A DNA stretch of 64,000 bases from positions 3,348,001 to 3,412,000 of the forward strand of contig OZ024744.1 in the NCBI GenBank assembly GCA_964016885.1, in the 5' to 3' direction. The notes beneath the pieces were generated by a model. The model was given only the letters and a program-made list of their open reading frames with translations. It was not told the DNA's origin and did no database searches. The stretch's first letter is position 1. Every line of letters begins with the position of its first letter. This DNA comes from Eledone cirrhosa (Eukaryota). Below, piece after piece: positions 51,301-62,500 of the stretch. The position numbers and the translations under genes were made by a program.

Positions 51301-54300
51301 GGGAAGACAAGGTATAGAAAGATAGCTTGGTGAATAACGAAGTTTTGGGAGAAGACAAGGTCGAGAAAGATAGCTTGGTGAAGAACGAAGTTTTGAGGGA
51401 AAACAATGTAGAGAAAGATAGCTTGGTGAAGAACGAAGTTTTGGGGGAAGACAAGGTAGAGAAAGATAGCTTGGTGAAGAACGAAGTTTTGGGGGAAGAC
51501 AAGGTAGAGAAAGATAGCTTGGTGAAGGACGAAGTTTTGAGGGAAGACAAGGTAGAGAAAGATAGCTTGGTGAAGAACGACGTTTTGTGGGAAGACAAGG
51601 TAGAGAAAGATAGCTTGGTGAAGAACGAAGTTTTGTGGGAAGACAAGGTAGAGAAAGATAGCTTGGTGAAGAACGAAGTTTTGGGGGAAGACAAGGTAGA
51701 GAAAGATAGCTTGGTGAAAAACGAAGTTTTGGGGGAAGACAAGGTAGAGAAAGATAGCTTGGTGAACAACGAAGTTTTGGGGGAAGACAAGGTAGAGAAA
51801 GATAGCTTGGTGAAGAACGAAGTTTTGGGGAAGACAATGTAGAGAAAGATATATTGGTGAAGAACGAAGTTTTGGGGGAAGACAAGGTAGAGAAAGATAG
51901 CTTGGTGAAGAACGAAGTTTTGAGGGAAGACAAGGTAGAGAAAGATAGCTTGGTGAATAACGAAGTTTTGGGAGAAGACAAGGTAGAGAAAGATAGCTTG
52001 GTGAAGAACGACGTTTTGAGGGAAGACAAGGTAGAGAAAGATAGCTTGGTGAAGAACGAAGTTTTGGGGAAGACAATGTAGAGAAAGATAGCTTGGTGAA
52101 GAACGAAGTTTTGGGGGAAGACAAGGTAGAGAAAGATAGCTTGGTGAAGAACGAAGTTTTGGGGGGAAGACAAGGTAGAGAAAGATAGCTTGGTGAAGAA
52201 CGACGTTTTGAGGGAAGACAAGGTAGAGAAAGATAGCTTGGTGAAGAACGAAGTTATGGGGAAGACAATGTAGAGAAAGATAGCTTGGTGAAGAACGAAG
52301 TTTTGGGGGAAGACAAGGTAGAGAAAGATAGCTTGGTGAAGAACGATGTTTTGGGGAAGACAATGTAGAGAAAGATAGCTTGGTGAAGAACGAAGTTTTG
52401 GGGGAAGACAAGGTAGAGAAAGATAGCTTGGTGAAGAACGAAGTTTTGAGGGAAGACAAGGTATAGAAAGATAGCTTGGTGAATAACGAAGTTTTGGGAG
52501 AAGACAAGGTCGAGAAAGATAGCTTGGTGAAGAACGAAGTTTTGAGGGAAGACAATGTAGAGAAAGATAGCTTGGTGAAGAACGAAGTTTTGGGGGAAGA
52601 CAAGGTAGAGAAAGATAGCTTGGTGAAGAACGAAGTTTTGAGGGAAGACAAGGTAGAGAAAGATAGCTTGGTGAAGAACGACGTTTTGTGGGAAGACAAG
52701 GTAGAGAAAGATAGCTTGGTGAAGAACGAAGTTTTGTGGGAAGACAAGGTAGAGAAAGATAGCTTGGTGAAGAACGAAGTTTTGGGGGAAGACAAGGTAG
52801 AGAAAGATAGCTTGGTGAAGAACGAAGTTTTGGGGGAAGACAAGGTAGAGAAGGATAGCTTGGTGAACAACGAAGTTTTGGGGGAAGACAAGGTAGAGAA
52901 AGATAGCTTGGTGAAGAACGAAGTTTTGGGGAAGACAATGTAGAGAAAGATATATTGGTGAAGAACGAAGTTTTGGGGGAAGACAAGGTAGAGAAAGATA
53001 GCTTGGTGAAGAACGAAGTTTTGAGGGAAGACAAGGTAGAGAAAGATAGCTTGGTGAATAACGAAGTTTTGGGAGAAGACAAGGTAGAGAAAGATAGCGT
53101 GGTGAAGAACGACGTTTTGAGGGAAGACAAGGTAGAGAAAGATAGCTTGGTGAAGAACGAAGTTTTGGGGGAAGACAAGGTAGAGAAAGATAGCTTGGTG
53201 GAGAACGAAGTTTTGGGGAAGACAATGTAGAGAAAGATAGCTTGGTGAAGAACGAAGTTTTGGGGGAAGACAAGGTAGAGAAAGATAGCTTGGTGAAGAA
53301 CGAAGTTTTGGGGGGAAGACAAGGTAGAGAAAGATAGCTTGGTGAAGAACGACGTTTTGAGGGAAGACAAGGTAGAGAAAGATAGCTTGGTGAAGAACGA
53401 AGTTATGGGGAAGACAATGTAGAGAAAGATAGCTTGGTGAAGAACGAAGTTTTGGGGGAAGACAAGGTAGACAAAGATAGCTTGGTGAAGAACGAAGTTC
53501 TGAGGGAAGACAAGGTAGAGAAAGATAGCTTGGTGAAGAACGAAGTTTTGGGAGAAGACAAGGTAGAGAAAGATATCTTGGTGAAGAACGAAGTTTTGAC
53601 GGAAGACAAGGTAGAGAAAGATAGCTTGGTGAAGAATGACGTTTTGTGGGAAGACAAGGTAGAGAAAGATAGGTTGGTGAAGAACGAAGTTTTGTGTGAA
53701 GACAAGCTAGAGAAAGATAGCTTGGTGAAGAACGAAGTTTTGGGGGAAGACAAGGTAGAGAAAGATAGATTGGTGAAGAACGAAGTTTTGAGGGATGACA
53801 AGGTAGAGAAAGATGACTTGGTGAAGAACGAAGTTTTGGGGGAAGACAAGGTAGAGAAAGATAGCTTGGTGAAGAACGAAGTTTTGGGGGAAGGCAAGGT
53901 AGAGAAAGATAGCTTGGTGAAGAACGAAGTTTTGGGGGAAGACAAGGTAGAGAAAGATAGCTTGGTGAAGAACGATGTTTTGGGGAAGACAATGTAGAGA
54001 AAGATAGCTTGGTGAAGAACGAAGTTTTGAGGGAAGACAAGGTATAGAAAGATAGCTTGGTGAATAACGAAGTTTTGGGAGAAGACAAGGTCGAGAAAGA
54101 TAGCTTGGTGAAGAACGAAGTTTTGAGGGAAAACAATGTAGAGAAAGATAGCTTGGTGAAGAACGAAGTTTTGGGGGAAGACAAGGTAGAGAAAGATAGC
54201 TTGGTGAAGAACGAAGTTTTGGGGGAAGACAAGGTAGAGAAAGATAGCTTGGTGAAGGACGAAGTTTTGAGGGAAGACAAGGTAGAGAAAGATAGCTTGG

Positions 54301-54745
54301 TGAAGAACGACGTTTTGTGGGAAGACAAGGTAGAGAAAGATAGCTTGGTGAAGAACGAAGTTTTGTGGGAAGACAAGGTAGAGAAAGATAGCTTGGTGAA
54401 GAACGAAGTTTTGGGGGAAGACAAGGTAGAGAAAGATAGCTTGGTGAAAAACGAAGTTTTGGGGGAAGACAAGGTAGAGAAAGATAGCTTGGTGAACAAC
54501 GAAGTTTTGGGGGAAGACAAGGTAGAGAAAGATAGCTTGGTGAAGAACGAAGTTTTGGGGAAGACAATGTAGAGAAAGATATATTGGTGAAGAACGAAGT
54601 TTTGGGGGAAGACAAGGTAGAGAAAGATAGCTTGGTGAAGAACGAAGTTTTGAGGGAAGACAAGGTAGAGAAAGATAGCTTGGTGAATAACGAAGTTTTG
54701 GGAGAAGACAAGGTATAGAAAGATAGCTTGGTGAAGAACGACGTT
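47016..54745 (+). repeat. Near-tandem duplication at offset 3,976 (47016-50769 versus 50992-54745)
   Basis: ORF pairs 47351/51327, 48500/52476, 48979/52955, 49458/53434 and 50081/54057. Shared variants are GTAGACAAAG (49496/53472) and GAAGGCAAG (49918/53894). Confidence 0.88.
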
Positions 54746-57700
54746 TTGAGGGAAGACAAGGTAGAGAAAGATAGCTTGGTGAAGAACGAAGTTTTGGGGA
54801 AGACAATGTAGAGAAAGATAGCTTGGTGAAGAACGAAGTTTTGGGGGAAGACAAGGTAGAGAAAGATAGCTTGGTGAAGAACGAAGTTTTGGGGAAGACA
54901 ATGTAGAGAAAGATAGCTTGGTGAAGAACGAAGTTTTGGGGGAAGACAAGGTAGAGAAAGATAGCTTGGTGAAGAACGAAGTTCTGAGGGAAGACAAGGT
55001 AGAGAAAGATAGCTTGGTGAAGAACGAAGTTTTGGGAGAAGACACGGTAGAGAAAGATATCTTGGTGAAGAACGAAGTTTTGACGGAAGACAAGGTAGAG
55101 AAAGATAGCTTGGTGAAGAATGACGTTTTGTGGGAAGACAAGGTAGAGAAAGATAGGTTGGTGAAGAACGAAGTTTTGTTGGAAGACAAGCTAGAGAAAG
55201 ATAGCTTGGTGAAGAACGAAGTTTTGGGGGAAGACAAGGTAGAGAAAGATAGATTGGTGAAGAACGAAGTTTTGAGGGATGACAAGGTAGAGAAAGATGA
55301 CTTGGTGAAGAACGAAGTTTTGGGGGAAGACAAGGTAGAGAAAGATAGCTTGGTGAAGAACGAAGTTTTGGGGAAGACAATGTAGAGAAAGATATATTGG
55401 TGAAGAACGAAGTTTTGGGGGAAGACAAGGTAGAGAAAGATAGCTTGGTGAACAACGAAGTTTTGGGGGAAGACAAGGTAGAGAAAGATAGCTTGGTGAA
55501 GAACGAAGTTTTGGGGAAGACAATGTAGAGAAAGATATATTGGTGAAGAACGAAGTTTTGGGGGAAGACAAGGTAGAGAAAGATAGCTTGGTGAAGAACG
55601 AAGTTTTGAGGGAAGACAAGGTAGAGAAAGATAGCTTGGTGAATAACGAAGTTTTGGGAGAAGACAAGGTATAGAAAGATAGCTTGGTGAAGAACGACGT
55701 TTTGAGGGAAGACAAGGTAGAGAAAGATAGCTTGGTGAAGAACGAAGTTTTGGGGAAGACAATGTAGAGAAAGATAGCTTGGTGAAGAACGAAGTTTTGG
55801 GGGAAGACAAGGTAGAGAAAGATAGCTTGGTGAAGAACGAAGTTTTGGGGGGAAGACAAGGTAGAGAAAGATAGCTTGGTGAAGAACGACGTTTTGAGGG
55901 AAGACAAGGTAGAGAAAGATAGCTTGGTGAAGAACGAAGTTATGGGGAAGACAATGTAGAGAAAGATAGCTTGGTGAAGAACGAAGTTTTGGGGGAAGAC
56001 AAGGTAGAGAAAGATAGCTTGGTGAAGAACGAAGTTCTGAGGGAAGACAAGGTAGAGAAAGATAGCTTGGTGAAGAACGAAGTTTTGGGAGAAGACACGG
56101 TAGAGAAAGATATCTTGGTGAAGAACGAAGTTTTGACGGAAGACAAGGTAGAGAAAGATAGCTTGGTGAAGAATGACGTTTTGTGGGAAGACAAGGTAGA
56201 GAAAGATAGGTTGGTGAAGAACGAAGTTTTGTTGGAAGACAAGCTAGAGAAAGATAGCTTGGTGAAGAACGAAGTTTTGGGGGAAGACAAGGTAGAGAAA
56301 GATAGATTGGTGAAGAACGAAGTTTTGAGGGATGACAAGGTAGAGAAAGATAGCTTGGTGAAGAACGAAGTTTTGGGGAAGACAATGTAGAGAAAGATAT
56401 ATTGGTGAAGAACGAAGTTTTGGGGGAAGACAAGGTAGAGAAAGATAGCTTGGTGAAGAACGAAGTTTTGAGGGAAGACAAGGTAGAGAAAGATAGCTTG
56501 GTGAATAACGAAGTTTTGGGAGAAGACAAGGTAGAGAAAGATAGCGTGGTGAAGAACGACGTTTTGAGGGAAGACAAGGTAGAGAAAGATAGCTTGGTGA
56601 AGAACGAAGTTTTGGGGGAAGACAAGGTAGAGAAAGATAGCTTGGTGGAGAACGAAGTTTTGGGGAAGACAATGTAGAGAAAGATAGCTTGGTGAAGAAC
56701 GAAGTTTTGGGGGAAGACAAGGTAGAGAAAGATAGCTTGGTGAAGAACGAAGTTTTGGGGGGAAGACAAGGTAGAGAAAGATAGCTTGGTGAAGAACGAC
56801 GTTTTGAGGGAAGACAAGGTAGAGAAAGATAGCTTGGTGAAGAACGAAGTTATGGGGAAGACAATGTAGAGAAAGATAGCTTGGTGAAGAACGAAGTTTT
56901 GGGGGAAGACAAGGTAGACAAAGATAGCTTGGTGAAGAACGAAGTTCTGAGGGAAGACAAGGTAGAGAAAGATAGCTTGGTGAAGAACGAAGTTTTGGGA
57001 GAAGACAAGGTAGAGAAAGATATCTTGGTGAAGAACGAAGTTTTGACGGAAGACAAGGTAGAGAAAGATAGCTTGGTGAAGAATGACGTTTTGTGGGAAG
57101 ACAAGGTAGAGAAAGATAGGTTGGTGAAGAACGAAGTTTTGTGTGAAGACAAGCTAGAGAAAGATAGCTTGGTGAAGAACGAAGTTTTGGGGGAAGACAA
57201 GGTAGAGAAAGATAGATTGGTGAAGAACGAAGTTTTGAGGGATGACAAGGTAGAGAAAGATGACTTGGTGAAGAACGAAGTTTTGGGGGAAGACAAGGTA
57301 GAGAAAGATAGCTTGGTGAAGAACGAAGTTTTGGGGGAAGGCAAGGTAGAGAAAGATAGCTTGGTGAAGAACGAAGTTTTGGGGGAAGACAAGGTAGAGA
57401 AAGATAGCTTGGTGAAGAACGATGTTTTGGGGAAGACAATGTAGAGAAAGATAGCTTGGTGAAGAACGAAGTTTTGAGGGAAGACAAGGTATAGAAAGAT
57501 AGCTTGGTGAATAACGAAGTTTTGGGAGAAGACAAGGTCGAGAAAGATAGCTTGGTGAAGAACGAAGTTTTGAGGGAAAACAATGTAGAGAAAGATAGCT
57601 TGGTGAAGAACGAAGTTTTGGGGGAAGACAAGGTAGAGAAAGATAGCTTGGTGAAGAACGAAGTTTTGGGGGAAGACAAGGTAGAGAAAGATAGCTTGGT

Positions 57701-59583
57701 GAAGGACGAAGTTTTGAGGGAAGACAAGGTAGAGAAAGATAGCTTGGTGAAGAACGACGTTTTGTGGGAAGACAAGGTAGAGAAAGATAGCTTGGTGAAG
57801 AACGAAGTTTTGTGGGAAGACAAGGTAGAGAAAGATAGCTTGGTGAAGAACGAAGTTTTGGGGGAAGACAAGGTAGAGAAAGATAGCTTGGTGAAAAACG
57901 AAGTTTTGGGGGAAGACAAGGTAGAGAAAGATAGCTTGGTGAACAACGAAGTTTTGGGGGAAGACAAGGTAGAGAAAGATAGCTTGGTGAAGAACGAAGT
58001 TTTGGGGAAGACAATGTAGAGAAAGATATATTGGTGAAGAACGAAGTTTTGGGGGAAGACAAGGTAGAGAAAGATAGCTTGGTGAAGAACGAAGTTTTGA
58101 GGGAAGACAAGGTAGAGAAAGATAGCTTGGTGAATAACGAAGTTTTGGGAGAAGACAAGGTATAGAAAGATAGCTTGGTGAAGAACGACGTTTTGAGGGA
58201 AGACAAGGTAGAGAAAGATAGCTTGGTGAAGAACGAAGTTTTGGGGAAGACAATGTAGAGAAAGATAGCTTGGTGAAGAACGAAGTTTTGGGGGAAGACA
58301 AGGTAGAGAAAGATAGCTTGGTGAAGAACGAAGTTTTGGGGAAGACAATGTAGAGAAAGATAGCTTGGTGAAGAACGAAGTTTTGGGGGAAGACAAGGTA
58401 GAGAAAGATAGCTTGGTGAAGAACGAAGTTCTGAGGGAAGACAAGGTAGAGAAAGATAGCTTGGTGAAGAACGAAGTTTTGGGAGAAGACACGGTAGAGA
58501 AAGATATCTTGGTGAAGAACGAAGTTTTGACGGAAGACAAGGTAGAGAAAGATAGCTTGGTGAAGAATGACGTTTTGTGGGAAGACAAGGTAGAGAAAGA
58601 TAGGTTGGTGAAGAACGAAGTTTTGTTGGAAGACAAGCTAGAGAAAGATAGCTTGGTGAAGAACGAAGTTTTGGGGGAAGACAAGGTAGAGAAAGATAGA
58701 TTGGTGAAGAACGAAGTTTTGAGGGATGACAAGGTAGAGAAAGATGACTTGGTGAAGAACGAAGTTTTGGGGGAAGACAAGGTAGAGAAAGATAGCTTGG
58801 TGAAGAACGAAGTTTTGGGGAAGACAATGTAGAGAAAGATATATTGGTGAAGAACGAAGTTTTGGGGGAAGACAAGGTAGAGAAAGATAGCTTGGTGAAC
58901 AACGAAGTTTTGGGGGAAGACAAGGTAGAGAAAGATAGCTTGGTGAAGAACGAAGTTTTGGGGAAGACAATGTAGAGAAAGATATATTGGTGAAGAACGA
59001 AGTTTTGGGGGAAGACAAGGTAGAGAAAGATAGCTTGGTGAAGAACGAAGTTTTGAGGGAAGACAAGGTAGAGAAAGATAGCTTGGTGAATAACGAAGTT
59101 TTGGGAGAAGACAAGGTATAGAAAGATAGCTTGGTGAAGAACGACGTTTTGAGGGAAGACAAGGTAGAGAAAGATAGCTTGGTGAAGAACGAAGTTTTGG
59201 GGAAGACAATGTAGAGAAAGATAGCTTGGTGAAGAACGAAGTTTTGGGGGAAGACAAGGTAGAGAAAGATAGCTTGGTGAAGAACGAAGTTTTGGGGGGA
59301 AGACAAGGTAGAGAAAGATAGCTTGGTGAAGAACGACGTTTTGAGGGAAGACAAGGTAGAGAAAGATAGCTTGGTGAAGAACGAAGTTATGGGGAAGACA
59401 ATGTAGAGAAAGATAGCTTGGTGAAGAACGAAGTTTTGGGGGAAGACAAGGTAGAGAAAGATAGCTTGGTGAAGAACGAAGTTCTGAGGGAAGACAAGGT
59501 AGAGAAAGATAGCTTGGTGAAGAACGAAGTTTTGGGAGAAGACACGGTAGAGAAAGATATCTTGGTGAAGAACGAAGTTTTGA
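52887..59583 (+). repeat. Near-tandem duplication at offset 3,447 (52887-56136 versus 56334-59583)
   Basis: ORF pairs 52955/56402, 53434/56881, 54057/57504, 54918/58365 and 55940/59387. Shared variants are GTGGAGAAC (53201/56648) and GACACGG (55045/58492, 56098/59545). Confidence 0.9.
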
Positions 59584-59584
59584 G

Positions 59585-62500
59585 GGAAGACAAGGTAGAG
59601 AAAGATAGCTTGGTGAAGAATGACGTTTTGTGGGAAGACAAGGTAGAGAAAGATAGGTTGGTGAAGAACGAAGTTTTGTTGGAAGACAAGCTAGAGAAAG
59701 ATAGCTTGGTGAAGAACGAAGTTTTGGGGGAAGACAAGGTAGAGAAAGATAGATTGGTGAAGAACGAAGTTTTGAGGGATGACAAGGTAGAGAAAGATGA
59801 CTTGGTGAAGAACGAAGTTTTGGGGGAAGACAAGGTAGAGAAAGATAGCTTGGTGAAGAACGAAGTGTTGGGGGAAGACAAGGTAGAGAAAGATAGCTTG
59901 GTGAAGAACGAAGTTTTGGGGGAAGACAAGGTAGAGAAAGATAGCTTGGTGAAGAACGAAGTTTTGAGGGAAGACAAGGTAGAGAAAGATAGCTTGGTGA
60001 AGAACGACGTTTTGAGGGAAGACAAGGTAGAGAAAGATAGCTTGGTGAAGAACGACGTTTTGTGGGAAGACAAGGTAGAGAAAGATAGCTTGGTGAAGAA
60101 CGATGTTTTGAGGGAAGACAAGGTAGAGAAAGATAGCTTGGTGAAGAACGACGTTTTGAGGGAAGACAAGGTAGAGAAAGATAGCTTGGTGAAGAACGAC
60201 GTTTTGTGGGAAGACAAGGTAGAAAAAGATAGCTTGGTGAAGAACGAAGTTTTGGGGGAAGACAAGGTAGAGAAAGATAGCTTGCGAAGAACGAAGTTTT
60301 GGGGGAAGACAAGGTAGAGAAAGATAGCTTGGTGAAGAACGACGTTTTGAGGGAAGACAAGGTAGAGAAAGATAGCTTGGTGAAGAACGAAGTTATGGGG
60401 AAGACAATGTAGAGAAAGATAGCTTGGTGAAGAACGAAGTTTTGGGGGAAGACAAGGTAGAGAAAGATAGCTTGGTGAAGAACGAAGTTCTGAGGGAAGA
60501 CAAGGTAGAGAAAGATAGCTTGGTGAAGAACGAAGTTTTGGGAGAAGACAAGGTAGAGAAAGATATCTTGGTGAAGAACGAAGTTTTGACGGAAGACAAG
60601 GTAGAGAAAGATAGCTTGGTGAAGAATGACGTTTTGTGGGAAGACAAGGTAGAGAAAGATAGGTTGGTGAAGAACGAAGTTTTGTGTGAAGACAAGCTAG
60701 AGAAAGATAGCTTGGTGAAGAACGAAGTTTTGGGGGAAGACAAGGTAGAGAAAGATAGATTGGTGAAGAACGAAGTTTTGAGGGATGACAAGGTAGAGAA
60801 AGATGACTTGGTGAAGAACGAAGTTTTGGGGGAAGACAAGGTAGAGAAAGATAGCTTGGTGAAGAACGAAGTTTTGGGGGAAGACAAGGTAGAGTAAGAT
60901 AGCTTGGTGAAGAACGAAGTTTTGGGGGAAGACAAGGTAGAGAAAGATAGCTTGGTGAAGAACGATGTTTTGGGGAAGACAATGTAGAGAAAGATAGCTT
61001 GGTGAAGAACGAAGTTTTGAGGGAAGACAAGGTATAGAAAGATAGCTTGGTGAATAACGAAGTTTTGGGAGAAGACAAGGTCGAGAAAGATAGCTTGGTG
61101 AAGAACGAAGTTTTGAGGGAAAACAATGTAGAGAAAGATAGCTTGGTGAAGAACGAAGTTTTGGGGGAAGACAAGGTAGAGAAAGATAGCTTGGTGAAGA
61201 ACGAAGTTTTGGGGGAAGACAAGGTAGAGAAAGATAGCTTGGTGAAGGACGAAGTTTTGAGGGAAGACAAGGTAGAGAAAGATAGCTTGGTGAAGAACGA
61301 CGTTTTGTGGGAAGACAAGGTAGAGAAAGATAGCTTGGTGAAGAACGAAGTTTTGTGGGAAGACAAGGTAGAGAAAGATAGCTTGGTGAAGAACGAAGTT
61401 TTGGGGGAAGACAAGGTAGAGAAAGATAGCTTGGTGAAAAACGAAGTTTTGGGGGAAGACAAGGTAGAGAAAGATAGCTTGGTGAACAACGAAGTTTTGG
61501 GGGAAGACAAGGTAGAGAAAGATAGCTTGGTGAACAACGAAGTTTTGGGGAAGACAATGTAGAGAAAGATATATTGGTGAAGAACGAAGTTTTGGGGGCA
61601 GACAAGGTAGAGAAAGATAGCTTGGTGAAGAACGAAGTTTTGAGGGAAGACAAGGTAGAGAAAGATAGCTTGGTGAATAACGAAGTTTTGGGAGAAGACA
61701 AGGTAGAGAAAGATAGCTTGGTGAAGAACGACGTTTTGAGGGAAGACAAGGTAGAGAAAGATAGCTTGGTGAAGAACGAAGTTTTGGGGAAGACAATGTA
61801 GAGAAAGATAGCTTGGTGAAGAACGAAGTTTTGGGGGAAGACAAGGTAGAGAAAGATAGCTTGGTGAAGAACGAAGTTTTGACGGAAGACAAGGTAGAGA
61901 AAGATAGCTTGGTGAAGAATGACGTTTTGTGGGAAGACAAGGTAGAGAAAGATAGGTTGGTGAAGAACGAAGTTTTGTTGGAAGACAAGCTAGAGAAAGA
62001 TAGCTTGGTGAAGAACGAAGTTTTGGGGGAAGACAAGGTAGAGAAAGATAGATTGGTGAAGAACGAAGTTTTGAGGGATGACAAGGTAGAGAAAGATGAC
62101 TTGGTGAAGAACGAAGTTTTGGGGGAAGACAAGGTAGAGAAAGATAGTTTGGTGAAGAACGAAGTGTTGGGGGAAGACAAGGTAGAGAAAGATAGCTTGG
62201 TGAAGAACGAAGTTTTGGGGGAAGACAAGGTAGAGAAAGATAGCTTGGTGAAGAACGAAGTTTTGAGGGAAGACAAGGTAGAGAAAGATAGCTTGGTGAA
62301 GAACGACGTTTTGAGGGAAGACAAGGTAGAGAAAGATAGCTTGGTGAAGAACGACGTTTTGTGGGAAGACAAGGTAGAGAAAGATAGCTTGGTGAAGAAC
62401 GATGTTTTGAGGGAAGACAAGGTAGAGAAAGATAGCTTGGTGAAGAACGACGTTTTGAGGGAAGACAAGGTAGAGAAAGATAGCTTGGTGAAGAACGACG